A DNA stretch of 64,000 nt from Felis catus (lineage: Eukaryota), in contig NC_058368.1 of assembly GCF_018350175.1 (NCBI RefSeq), forward strand, positions 137,766,001 to 137,830,000. The letters run 5' to 3'. This document shows, one piece after another, positions 1-11,301 of the stretch; the first letter of the stretch is position 1; every line of letters starts with the position of its first letter. A model generated the notes under the pieces. It had not been told where the DNA came from. It did not search any database and saw only the letters and a list, made by a program, of their open reading frames with translations. The position numbers were made by a program, and so were the translations under genes.

Positions 1-153
1 GATGGCTCAGAGCCTGGAGCCTGTTTCCGATTCTGTGTCTCCCTCTCTCTCTGCCCCTCCCCCGTTCATGCTCTGTCTCTCTCTGTCCCAAAAATAAATA
101 AATGTTGAAAAAAAAATTTTTTTTAAATAAAAATAAAATAAAATAAAATAAAA
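1..153 (+). mobile_element. SINEC_Fc-type CAN-SINE, 3' part (cut by window edge), with (TAAAA)n tail
   Basis: GATGGCTCAGAGCCTGGAGCCTGTTTCCGATTCTGTGTCTCCC body, (CT)n region and A-rich tail; body matches the copy at 1865. Confidence 0.95.
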
Positions 154-1864
154 TGTTCTTAAATTCTGGAAATAGTTTTCATTTTTCCTCTTCCAGGTAG
201 AAGAGGAGGAAAGAGGACCAGGGTAGGAAGCTCAGAGTCCTGTAGGCTGTCTTCTGCGTGCCCAGACTCCCCTTCTCAGGCCCTTGTCACCAGTGGTGAC
301 AGCATCTTCCCTCCCCAGGTTTCAGACCCCTTAAGTTCTCCAAGCCGCGCTCCTCCATCTTGGTCTGGTTTGAGGGGCTGAGACTTCTGGTGTGAACCAT
401 TTTAGTCACAGAGTGGGGAGACTTCCCACTGGGGGAGGCCTTGGAGATCTCGTGAGAGCAGTCCTAAGGACGGGATGACAAGAGAGGAGGAGGAGGCAGG
501 TAAGGAAGCCTCTTTCTTTGAACTCGGGAGGTACGTGCTCAGAGGATCTCAGAGCGCCGGGCAGAGAAGGGATGGCTGATGCCGGGGCCCAACCCTTTCA
601 CTCTAACTGACCTCGGGCCCAGAGCCGGCAGGTGACTTAACCAGGGTCACAGGCTGAAATCCATGCCTCCTGACTTTTACCCCAGCCTCTTCCCACTTTG
701 TCGTTCTGTCAATGATCTCTCCACGCTTACTTTAAAATCTTTATCTTGGGGCTTTTTATGCTTCCGGCTTGTCGTTTTTAAGCAGATCCCCACCAGCCCC
801 TGTCCTCCAGGGCGAGTGCCTGCCTTGCTCTGGCAAGTGGATCTCCTTCTCAGCAGCAGCTGCTAGGGCCCTGAAGACAGCTAACATCTTGTAGAACCTG
901 GACTGACTCCTGCAGCGGGCTCTCCAGGCTCACCTCTAGCCGAGCCGGGACTGTTCCCCTTCCCCACCTGCCCTATTCTTGACGCACCCCCTCCTCTCCT
1001 CCCATGGACCCAACACTCCCAGACGCAGCATTCCTGTTTTCTGGTAGGTTTGAGGTTAGCCCCATCAGTGTTTAATGACTCTTCATGTCATAACCTCCCC
1101 ATTCCTGACACCCGCAGGCCTCCGGCGTGATTTCCCTCCAGCTGCGGAGTTCTGGATGAAGGCTGCCCGCCTCTGGAATGCGTGCTCTGGGGTCCTGGAA
1201 GTGTCGGCGTGTAGAGCCAGCCAAGCGAGGCGGGAGCGTGTGCCTCCCGGCCAGTCTGTGCTAGGACAATGGGACTTTTCTTCCTGGCCTGGCTCAGCTG
1301 GCAGTCTCTCTCCCACTCTCTCTCTTGGTTGGGCTTTGGTTTAAAGTTCCCTTTTCAGGATTAGGTTGGTGTTTTCTTTCCCATGCCACCGGGGAAGTTT
1401 CTGTTTCCCAAGTGGACCGTACACAGACAGGTCAGTGAGTCAGAGGCCTCTACCGGACCACAAGGGTCGGTGTTCAAAGGCTTCTCGAAATCAGCCTGGC
1501 AAACGGGGGCCCCGCCAACCTTGTTTGTTGTCACATGGAAAGGCGCATTACAGTGCAAGCTAATCTTTAAATGATTATATATGTTATTATAACCAAGCAC
1601 CCTCTCCCCACCCCACTTCCCAGGATTTTCAGAGAAAATCCTCGAAGACGACCTTCTGGGGGATGGAGGGGTTTCTGTTTAAAGCAGCATTGGCTTTTTG
1701 TTCCTCCTTTTTATGCCTTTGGCCACCTCAAAGTCTGGCTATCAAGGAAAGTCGGATCTCCTTTTCTCTGAAACTCAGTGAAAAAACAAATGAAACACCA
1801 AAAATAGTTGCTTTGTTCCTCTGAACCCAGCTGAGACAGGCCATCATGATTAAAAGAAATTCTA

Positions 1865-2092
1865 GGGGCGCCTGGGTGGCGCAGTCGGTTAAGCGTCCGA
1901 CTTCAGCCAGGTCACGATCTCGCGGTCCGGGAGTTCGAGCCCCGCGTCAGGCTCTGGGCTGATGGCTCAGAGCCTGGAGCCTGTTTCCGATTCTGTGTCT
2001 CCCTCTCTCTCTGCCCCTCCCCCGTTCATGCTCTGTCTCTCTCTGTCCCAAAAATAAGTAAACGTTGAAAAAAAAAATTAAAAAAAAAAAAA
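1865..2092 (+). mobile_element. Full-length young SINEC_Fc-type SINE
   Basis: GGGGCGCCTGGGTGGCGCAGTCGG head with A box and GTTCGAGCC B box, CT-rich body, poly(A). Perfect TSD AAAAGAAATTCTA at 1852-1864 and 2093-2105. Confidence 0.97.
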
Positions 2093-3507
2093 AAAAGAAA
2101 TTCTAAAAGCCAGGAGGTAGGTGTGAAGGGTGGGAACACAGAATCTCTATAAAAGCGGTGAGACTCTTTCGGAAGCACCAAGGCCTCGAACCTACCATTT
2201 TTACACACCTGTCCCTGTGGGGCTGGCACACCCTCGCCCCCAGCTGTTCCTGCAGCTATGTGGCTGGCCCCCTATTATTTTCTGCCCGGGGGGAACTGTG
2301 CCCCCATAAGCACACCTCGAGACCCTGAGAACGAGCCTGCCGCCTCCACACTGGGCAGTCTTACAGAAGCTTGCCCCCTTGCAAGGCTGCGGTCTGATGT
2401 TAATTTAGCCACACGACAGCCCCACCCAGAGCTGCACCCATACGGTAAGGGGAAGCTCAGTAAGAACAAGCAGAGGCTTCTCTCAGTGCACTGTAATCTT
2501 TTCCTTTCTTTTCTTTCTTCTTCTTCTTAGTGCAATACCTACTGACAAGAAGGGCGCAAAGTAAACAAAACAAAACAAAACAAAACAAAATGCCGTCCTC
2601 TCATTCGGCTTCCCCACATCATACCCCCAGGAGTAGCTGTGACTAACAGTTTGGTGGTTATCCTTCCAGATCACAGACGCTTCCAAGGATCCAAATAAAT
2701 ACTCTAGGACCAAGCTGTTGCTGTCGATGTTTTCAGCTCTTATTTTAGAACCAACTTCACTGCGATCAGTTCACGCTTAGTAAATCGAGTACAACTGAGT
2801 CCTTCGGTGGCACTGAGTCCTTTTGCGAAGAGAGCTGGCTTTGCCCGAAACTTTACACTATGGTCTGCAGTTGCAAAACCACAAACTCAAAAGTTCACCT
2901 GAACCGTGCCTTTGGCCATCCCAGGCAGTTCACTGCCCGTGTTTCCACTGCAGGTTTTGTAAGACATCTGCAAACACATCTCCTGTCTTGATTTCATTCT
3001 TTACGTAATTTAGAAGGAAGAGCCCTACGGATTCCTTATCAAGAAGAGCATTTACTGAATAGCAGCTTTCCAAGCTGTGTTCTGATGCCCGCTACAGCAT
3101 CCCCCCAGCCTGCACCCCCCACCACTTTAAAGAAATGAACAAAAAAAAAATTCCATGATCAAGTCTGTTTTCTAATAATTGCTTCAATCATAGTAAGATT
3201 TACTTATTCTTACTCTCAACACCGATCTTGATTGGCTAGAAATACCAGAAGCTGTTCATCTCATAAGGAGAAAATATCGATGATTATAACGTGTGAAAAC
3301 ACTTTTTCTCCACTGCTCCCCCTTGTTATAAGTAAAAAGAGAAAGAAAGAAAGAAAGCGAAAAGCTATGCAACAACCAGATGCAGCAATTTGCAAGACAG
3401 TGACAAAGGACACAGAGCCTAAAAGAACTGGCCACCACAGTAGGTTATCAAATTCTCTTTGGTTCCTATGCGAGTTGTCTGATCAAAATCACATTGGTCA
3501 CTGACAT

Positions 3508-3751
3508 TTATTTATTCATTCATTCATTCATTCATTCATTCATTCAAGTTTTCACTTACATTCCAGTTACTTAACATATGGTGTAATATTAATTTCAGGA
3601 GTAGAATTTAGTGGTTCATCACTTACATACAGCACCCAGTGCTCAAACCAAGTGCCTTCCTTAATACCCATCACCCATCCAGCCCATCGCCCCCACCTCC
3701 CCTCCAGCAACCCTCAAGTTTGTTCTCTCTAGTTAAGAGTCTGTTTTATGG
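3508..3751 (-). mobile_element. 5'-truncated carnivore L1 3' end with (TTCA)n in its tail
   Basis: Reverse complement of L1 3' UTR (CACCCAGTGCTC...AAGTGCCTTCCTTAATACCCATCACCCA). Perfect TSD TTGGTCACTGACAT at 3494-3507 and 3752-3765. Confidence 0.9.
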
Positions 3752-4003
3752 TTGGTCACTGACATGTAATAGAGAGCATCACAGACAATATTTTGTTGGC
3801 CCTGCAGCCAAAGCATGTCTGCCCTCTGACTCTGCTCTACTGGTACAGACCCAGCCTTCTTGGATGAGTCCTGTCCCACTCAGGCTAACCCGAAGGACGT
3901 GAAGGAACTGCCCGGGACCATTTCCTGAGTCCACCCCACCTCTTCACCTGCAGTCCACCATGGGACACAAGGCTGGCTCCACTGGTACTTAAAAAACATG
4001 GGA

Positions 4004-4168
4004 TGAGCACTGGGTGTTGTATAGAAGCCAATTTGATAATAAATTATATTAAAGTAAATGAAGAAGAAGAAGAAGAAGAAGAAGAAGAAGAAGAAGAAGA
4101 AGAAGAAGAGGAGGAGGAGGAGGAGGAGGAGGAGGAGGAGGAGGAGGAGGAGGAAGTGGAGGAGGGAG
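4004..4168 (+). mobile_element. Extremely truncated felid L1 3' terminus (about 55 nt) with tail converted to purine triplet repeats
   Basis: TGAGCACTGGGTGTTGTATAGAAGCCAATTTGATAATAAATT resembles the L1 3' end at 28163-28210. TSD AAAACATGGGA at 3993-4003 and 4169-4179. Confidence 0.85.
4060..4152 (+). repeat. Compound microsatellite (GAA)16(GAG)15
   Basis: Direct read: GAA units 4060-4107, GAG units 4108-4152. Confidence 0.97.
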
Positions 4169-5297
4169 AAAACATGGGAGATTCTACTAATAATTTTGCC
4201 CATGGAACACTGACCTGTGTGCCTGCTTGCACAGATTATTTAATTCCTGATTTAGTTCAAGTTTTAGGGAATTTAATAAGAACTATTTTCAGAGACCTGT
4301 CAGGGACAGGTCTGCTATATATACATCCATTAATTAAAAAGAACTCATTAAAAAGAACCTTGAAAAAAGTACAAAGTAGATAGCAGCAAAGCATGGTTTG
4401 ACTTACTTTGCTGACTTCATGAGGTAATTTGGATGATGGAAGACATGCCACCCAAAAGGCAAAATCATCTAGTGAAGTGGGAGAATAAACCCATACATTC
4501 AAGCAATGACGTCCATGCTTCTAGCCAGGAATGCAATTTTCCTCTCTTTTGAATTATTCATTTCCTTTTTAATAGGTCACGTCTCATTTACCTTGATTTA
4601 GCATCAGACCATGTACAGTTATGGATTTGGTATGGGGGAGGGAGGAGAAGGAAAAAGAACAAGAGGGAACTTTATGTGAAATACGGTGACCCTGTCCTTA
4701 AAACCCAAGTCCACACTGGTGACGGATTGTATCACATCTTTGATTTTTTTCTATATTGCACAAAGAGTATAGGGCTTCCTTATGTTTAAATATTTGCAAG
4801 AGTAATGAAAAGTATGCCTGAGAATACCATTTGATGAATGACGCTTTTGCATGTGTCACTATGAGGAAGTATCATATGCACATTTGACCACAAGGCTAAA
4901 GAGAATATTGAAAAAGAAAACGCCACTGTAGTGTGAAAAATAGACCGATCTCTACATCTGTCTACAGGATGAATAAATCACTAAATAAATATTTTAATGG
5001 CCTTAAAGTACAATCAAAAAGAGCAATTCCCTAAAGTGGTTAACTTGAGTCCTCATTAGAAGGTTTATTTTCTTTGAATGTATAGATTGTTATGTATCTT
5101 CTATTGCAATTATGATAAATTTACAGGACAAACAACATATGACCATATTGTGTTAACTGGGCATTCTACACATGATGATAAGTAGGAATAAAGTATTAAG
5201 ATGGAGAATAGGCAATAGCCAACCTCAACAGAGGAAATGCCACAGTCTCGGGTCCTGATTCTGCAGGGACTTTAGGTGATTTAAAAAAAAAAAATCC

Positions 5298-5500
5298 GGG
5301 GCACCTGGGTGGCGCAGTCGGTTAAGCGTCCGACTTCAGCCAGGTCACGATCTCGCGGTCCGTGAGTTCAAGCCCCGCGTCAGGCTCTGGGCTGATGGCT
5401 CGGAGCCTGGAGCCTGCTTCCGATTCTGTGTCTCCCTCTCTCTCTGCCCCTCCCCCGTTCATGCTCTGTCTCTCTCTGTCCCAAAAATACATAAACGTTG
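5298..5500 (+). mobile_element. SINEC_Fc-type SINE
   Basis: Complete head and body; TSD AAAAAAAAATCC at 5286-5297 and 5501-5512. Confidence 0.96.
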
Positions 5501-6054
5501 AAAAAAAAATCCATCTAGAACCCTGACTTCTTTCCACCAGATTATTCTTTGTACCACAGTTCCCGCTGTACTTACTGGCTCATAGAGTAAGCACAGCACT
5601 CAATAAAAACTTGTTGAATAAATAAATGTTGAACCTGATGGAGTTCATAACATTCTACTAACTTTTTTTTATAGCATTCTTTAAACAAAACCAAACCAAA
5701 CCAAACAAAACTTACCACTCTCCTGGGGGTTAGAGATCATTTGATGAGAAGCTAGGAAATTATCATGACCTTTGGAGGTGATGAACCTTCTGAAATTTTG
5801 GTTTCTCAAGTTAACATTTTTCCATTGGGTCACGTGTTTTAAACATTTTACGGTTTTTTAAAAGAGGTCTTTTACAAATTCTTATTTTCTAACCCAAAAA
5901 TGTAGCACAGCAATCCTCACTAGGCAGAACAGTACGGAAATACCAAAATTATGCAAAATCTGGTAGCCTTGGTCCTCAGAGGTAGCCATCGCAAGCAGTG
6001 CAAAGTTTAATCTCTCAGTAGTTTCTTTCTAAGAAGATCCTTCTTTAAAAGATT

Positions 6055-6263
6055 GTATTTATTTATGTTTTAAATGTTTATTCATTTTTGAGAGAGAGAC
6101 AGAGACAGCACAATCAGGGGAAAGGCAGAAAGGGGTACAGAGGATCCAAAGTGGGCTCTGAGCTGACAGCAGCGAGCCTGATGAAGGGCTTGAACTCATG
6201 AACTGTGAGATCATGACCTGAGCTGAAGTCAGACACTTAACCAACTGAGCCACCCAAGCCCCC
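6055..6263 (-). mobile_element. CAN-SINE (older felid type)
   Basis: Reverse-strand SINE ending ACTGAGCCACCCAAGCCCCC; short AAGATT duplication on both sides. Confidence 0.92.
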
Positions 6264-6265
6264 AC

Positions 6266-6365
6266 AAGATTTTAGTTCTAAGTGAGCTCTACACCCAACG
6301 TGGGGTATGAAATCACGAACTTATGATCAAGAGTCACGTGCTCCACTGACTGAGCCAGCCAGGCT
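6266..6365 (-). mobile_element. Short tRNA-head CAN-SINE lacking the CT-rich body (SINEC_c-like)
   Basis: CTCTACACCCAACGTGGGG...GATCAAGAGTCACGTGCTCCACTGACTGAGCCAGCCAGG, the reverse complement of the short carnivore SINE. Confidence 0.85.
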
Positions 6366-6384
6366 GGCTCTTCTCTGTCTGCTC

Positions 6385-6623
6385 TTTTTTTTTTTTTTTT
6401 AATGTTTATTTATTTTTGATAGAGCACAAGGGCAGGGGGGGGGGGCTGTGGGGGGGGGGATTGGGAGGAGAAGAAGAGAGAGAGGGAGACACATAATCTA
6501 AAGCAGGCTCCAGACTCTGAGATGTCAGCACAGAGCCCGAAGCAGGGCTCGAACCCACAGACCATGAGATCATGACCTGAGCTGAAGTTGGTCACCCAAC
6601 CAACAAAGCCACCCATGCGCCCC
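6385..6623 (-). mobile_element. CAN-SINE with expanded G-runs
   Basis: Poly(T), AATGTTTATTTATTTTTGA, SINE body, end AGCCACCCATGCGCCCC. Confidence 0.9.
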
Positions 6624-6789
6624 TCTTCTATGCTCTTCTAAATGCAGTGTTTTTCTTTAATTAGAAGTTAAAAAAATGGATCAGACCACACATACTATTT
6701 TTCAGGTTGCTTTTATCTTAGTGAGATTTTTTCTAAGTTCATGTGATAAAACAGAGTCCAGGCCAGCTTTCAAAGGAAAAAAAAAAATC

Positions 6790-6895
6790 TTTCATTCATT
6801 AATCAATTCAACAAACACTAACTGAGGCTTCACTGTGTGCCTGGTACTATTCTGGGCTTGAGGCACACAGCAAGGGTCCCTGCCCTGTGGCTGCC
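6790..6895 (-). mobile_element. L2 3' end fragment
   Basis: TTCATTCATT...CAACAAACACTAACTGAGGCTTCACTGTGTGCCTGGTACTATTCTGGGC, typical reversed L2 terminus. Confidence 0.7.
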
Positions 6896-7149
6896 TTCCC
6901 TGGGTCAGTACTCAGGTGTCTCAATGTGAATAGTTGTTAACTACTTCTTGAACCTTTGGGAACACACATTTTGGTTACTAGCTGAAGCATGTGATTACAA
7001 ACCTTCTTTGGGGGTACTGTAGGTTAAGTTCTAAAATTTAATTAAACCACTTATATTAGCTAATAGGATTTTATCACACACATTTTTTAGAATTTCACTG
7101 AAATCAAGCAGTATCTTTATCTTGGAGTTTAGAATATATTTTGTTATTT

Positions 7150-7373
7150 GGGGCTCCTGGGTGGCCCAGTCAGTTAAGCGTCCAACTTTGGCTAGGGTCA
7201 TGATCTCACGGTTCGTGAGTTTGAGCCCCGCAACAGGCTCTGTGCTGACGGCTTGGAGTCTGAAGCCTGCTTCGGATTCTGTGTCTCCCTCTCTCTCTGC
7301 CCCTCCCCCATTTGCGCACTCTCTTTCTCTCTCTCTTAAAAATAAGTAAGCGTTAAAAAAAATTTTTTTTAAT
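7150..7373 (+). mobile_element. CAN-SINE
   Basis: GGGGCTCCTGGGTGGCCCAGTCAGTTAAGCG head, CT-rich body, A tail; flanking duplication GAATATATTTTGTT. Confidence 0.94.
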
Positions 7374-8305
7374 GAATATATTTTGTTTGGGGATTGGATG
7401 TTGACATGCAGTACGGTGTAGCTGCAGTTCTGTAAGGGGGGTTGGGAATCCCCTCCTACCGCCAAGTTATGCCTAAATCATATCACCAACCACAAGAAAA
7501 AACAATCCACAGCAGGAAGCATGCCTGTTCTCATCCACCGAAGAGCCCTGCGGTGCTGGCTTAGATAACATGCTGAAATGGGAATGTTCGAGTATGATGT
7601 TTTAGAGAAAAAGAACAAATGCCTTCTGGATTTCCTTGTTGCACATGTTTCCATGACAAAGGGAAAAAACCGTGTGCACGCGTGCACATGCCTGTGCACA
7701 CACTTAAACCCGCGATAGGCTAGAGTGTAAACTCTTGGAATCCTTGAGTCAGCATGAGCTAATCACTGTCCAGGCCCCAGTAGCGTTCTCTCAGGAGGAA
7801 ATGCAAACCCTGTAGTAAGGAAAATATTTTAGAGGGCATCTCTTAACGCTACTTGTCCCTCCTACACGTGATTGGCTGTGAGACGAGGCCGAGACTCAGT
7901 CCCTCCCCGGAGGCTGCCGGCTCTGTTAATCCGTCTCCCAGGTCCCTCATGGGGGCCCAGAGTCAACTGGCTCCCCTGCACAGAGGTCCTATTGAAGCTC
8001 AGCTCTGGTCAGGTTGCGGGCCTTGTCAGGGCAGCATTTCTAACTGCCCGCTGGCCTTGCTTGGCCCACTGTGAACTGTGCGGGCATTCGTGCAGTCCCA
8101 AGTGGGAACACCTCTGCCCAACTCTCAGTCTTGAGCAAGAACTTTTTGAGTCCTGGCAGCCGAAATGGACTGCCTGGAGGACAAAGGGGCATTTTCTGGA
8201 GACTGAAAATGAACGTTTCCTCAGTAAATCACGGCAATTTTCTCAGCCCTGGTAAGGCTGGGCTGAGGTTTCGGCGAGCAGTCTGTGGGGAGAGGGAGGG
8301 TGCTC

Positions 8306-9285
8306 TGTATTGGAGAGAGGCAGTCCAGCATGGGCCCGGCGCTTCCCTGCATGTCCTTGCCGAACGTGCCAAACTGCTAGGCTAACAGTCGTCCGACCTT
8401 GTGCCACTTCTGTAGCTGTAGCTAGTCACGTAGACAATTATGTAGGTCAAGGTGACCGTAGGGTGGCTAGTGTATTGTCCACTTGCTCCCTGGTGGAGCG
8501 GGGAGTGGCTTGCTTACTGCTCGATGTAAAATGTGCTGAGCTCCTGGCCCTGGGTTCCTTCACTGTGGCTACATGCGTAGCTACCTTCTGGGACCATCAC
8601 ATCTCCCCAGGGGACCGAGGGGTAGGGAATCTGCTCCATGAAAGTCACTCCCTGCAGATCTTGCTGTTTGCGTGTTGTCAGTGATAAACTGACTTGAGTC
8701 TCCCTATCTACTTGCAGTACCTATGGAGTTGTAGCAAGCCAGCCTACTTGCTTGCTGTATTAGTCTTCTGTTGCTGCTGTAACAAATTACCACAAATACA
8801 GTGGTAACACAAATTTATTATCTTACAGCGCTGGAGATCAGAAATCTGAAATGAATCCTACAGGGCTAAAATCAAGGTGTCAGCAAGCCTACCTTCTTTC
8901 TGAAGTCTCCAGGAGAGAATCTGTTCTCTTGTTCCTTCCAGTTTCCAGAAGCTACCTGTCTTCCTTGGCTCAGGGCCCCTTCCTCCATCTTCAAAGTACA
9001 TTACTCTGACTTCTGCTTCTAACATCCCTTTTTCTGCTTCCTTGATCTTGCCTCCATTTCATAGGCACCCTTGTGATGATATCGAGCCCACCCAGATAAT
9101 ACAGGATAATATCGCCATCTCAAGATCCTTAATCACATCTGCAAAACTCCCTTTGCCATGTAAGGGAACATATTCACAAATTCCGAGGATTATGATATGG
9201 ACATCTTTTGAGGGCCATTATTCAGGCCAATACAATTGCCTTGTCGTCTCCCGGGGGATCTTGCTACTTCTTGCCATTCTCTAGA
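8306..9285 (+). mobile_element. Probable ancient ERVL-class solo LTR (LTR40/LTR50-like), interrupted by MLT1D
   Basis: Starts TGTATTGGAGAGAGGCAG; internal GGCTTGCTTACTGC, GGGTTCCT and GTGATAAACT segments resemble this LTR group. Recognition by eye only. Confidence 0.45.
8756..9234 (-). mobile_element. MaLR LTR, MLT1D-like
   Basis: TGTATTAGTCTTCTGTTGCTGCTGTAACAAATTACCACAAA start and GGCCATTATTCAGGCCAATACA end; 5-bp flanks CTTGC/ATTGC. Confidence 0.9.
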
Positions 9286-9863
9286 ATGTTACTCCCTGCC
9301 TAATACTCCAGAACTCAGTGCTGATAGGCAGCACACACTCAAGACAAAGCAGGGGAATCTTTCCTGCCGGGCTTTAGTCGATGATCTGGTAAAAGCGTCA
9401 GCTGAGCCAAACTCAGAGGCCTGGTACATATCAAATGAAGATCCACGAGGGCAGAGAACCTTGCTTGATTCGTTTACCAATCAGCCCCCATGCCTCGAAC
9501 TGTATCTTCAGGAACATGGTAAGTGTGTAATAAATATTTGTTCAATGAACGCATTTGTTCAACTTGCTCGTTGCCAACTGTCGATGTCTACTCATACATA
9601 AAGTTTTAAAATGACTCACCGCAGAAAACCCCTTATCTATGTGACGTCTCTGCTTCCCCAGCCTTAGGTCTCAACGTGCGGTGCCTGGTGGTGCCTTGAT
9701 CAGAATAGACAACAGGGAAGAAGGAGAGGGTTTTGAAGGAAACTAGGTTGTGTTTTGCACTTACTGAGTTTGAAGTGCTGTTAAGTCAACCAGGTTGAAA
9801 TGTCAAATAGGAAGTTGGAAATGTGGCAGAGAAACATGGCAAGGTTAGAAATATGTATAGGCT

Positions 9864-10316
9864 GGGGCGCCTGGGTGGCTCAGTCGGTTGAGCATCCGAC
9901 TTCAGCCCGGGTCACGATCTCGCGGTCTGTGAGTTCGAGCCCCGCGTCAGGCTCTGGGCTGATGGCTCGGAGCCTGGAGCCTGCTTCCGATTCTGTGTCT
10001 CCCTCTCTCTCTGCCCCTCCCCCGTTCATGCTCTGTCTCTCTCTGTCTCAAGAATAAATTGGGGCGCCTGGGTGGCGCAGTCGGTTAAGCGTCCGACTTC
10101 AGCCAGGTCACGATCTCGCGGTCCGTGAGTTCGAGCCCCGCGTCGGGCTCTGGGCTGATGGCTCGGAGCCTGGAGCCTGTTTCCGATTCTGTGTCTCCCT
10201 CTCTCTCTGCCCCTCCCCCGTTCATGCTCTGTCTCTCTCTGTCCCAAAATAAATAAAAAAACGTTGAAAAAAAAAAAAGAATAAATAAACGTTAAAAAAA
10301 ATTAAAAAAAAAAAAA
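9864..10316 (+). mobile_element. SINEC_Fc-type SINE (outer), tail interrupted by a second SINE
   Basis: Outer TSD AGAAATATGTATAGG at 9847-9861 and 10317-10331; tail resumes AAACGTTAAAAAAAATT after the inner element. Confidence 0.95.
10061..10276 (+). mobile_element. Young SINEC_Fc-type SINE (inner)
   Basis: Complete CpG-rich SINE; TSD AAGAATAAAT at 10050-10059 and 10277-10286. Confidence 0.96.
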
Positions 10317-10643
10317 AGAAATATGTATAGGAGCCAACCACGGAATAGAAGTAGATGAAGGTATAAGATTGATGAAGCTGCCAGAGGAAAGGCTGTAGGG
10401 AGAAAAGAGACCTGATCTGGTTAATTCTTCAGCATCTTAATTCTAGATTGATGGTCAAGAACATTTTGGGGTAATATTCATACACTTTAATGATCACAGC
10501 CAATGACACATGTTTTCAGGTTCAGGTCATATTCCTTAGCCATGACACCTTATTTCCTGTCTCCTTCTAGCTCCCATCCGTCTGCCAGGACACAGGTTCC
10601 CTGTGTTTCGCTTACCCACTCCCACTTTAAAAATCTTGCCTGT

Positions 10644-10860
10644 GGGGTGCCTGGGTGGCTCAGTCGGTTGAGCATCTGACTTCAGCTCAGGTCATGATCT
10701 CACGGTTCATGGGTTCAAGCCCCGCGTTGGGCTCTGTGTTGACAGCTCAGAGCCTGGAGCCTCTTCGGATTCTGTGTCTCCCTCGCTCTCTGCCCCTCCC
10801 TCACTCAAGCTCTGTCTCTGTCTCTCTCAAAAGTAAATAAACATTAAAAAATTTTTTTTT
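10644..10860 (+). mobile_element. CAN-SINE
   Basis: Full SINE; TSD AAATCTTGCCTGT at 10631-10643 and 10861-10873. Confidence 0.95.
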
Positions 10861-11301
10861 AAATCTTGCCTGTGATTCTCATCCCACCTTGTGACTGACT
10901 TGAGCAGTTGTCCACCTGTTCCCTTCTCTTCTTGCACCCTCTGCCTCTGCCACCAGTCACACCGCTGGGCTTTGAGTGACCAAACACCAGAGTGCCAGAC
11001 TCAGACAGCTTCTGCATGGCAGTGTTTGCTTGGATTTACAACTACCACCACCCCAACCCCAACCAGACACCAGGCTCTTAAGTGCACGGGTCACTCAGTC
11101 CAGATTTCTATCTGTAACTATAAGCAAAGAGTTTTTTAATCACAGATTTCACTGAGACAAAATGAATTGGCGAATACTAAGCCTCATGATGAAAACGAAA
11201 TTATGTGTGATGAACGTGAACACACTGCGAACAATCATAGAGAAGGGTCCTGCTACTGATTCCTCTCCTCACAAAGGAAGCTGGCAAAAGCCCATAGCCA
11301 G

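Larger units (their letters stand above)
9700..10410 (-). mobile_element. L2 fragment hosting the nested SINE pair
   Basis: GAGTTTGAAGTGCTGTT...GAAATGTCAAATAGGAAGTTGGA left of the SINEs, continuing GAAGTAGATGAAG...GATGAAGCTGCCAGAGGAAAG on the right. Confidence 0.6.

Noticed and set aside
3494..4179. Two oppositely oriented L1 3' ends suggesting one twin-priming inversion
   Set aside because: Each has its own tail and its own distinct TSD, so they are independent insertions.
4003..4383. 126-aa ORF with a 32-residue poly-Glu run (and poly-Ser, poly-Leu/Phe on the other strand)
   Set aside because: Translation of the (GAA)16(GAG)15 microsatellite in an L1 tail bounded by a TSD; no exon context.
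9800..10247. Recurrent ORF motifs such as GAWVAQSV...SLEPASDSVSPSLSAPPP seen throughout the window
   Set aside because: Translations of CAN-SINE copies, not a gene family.
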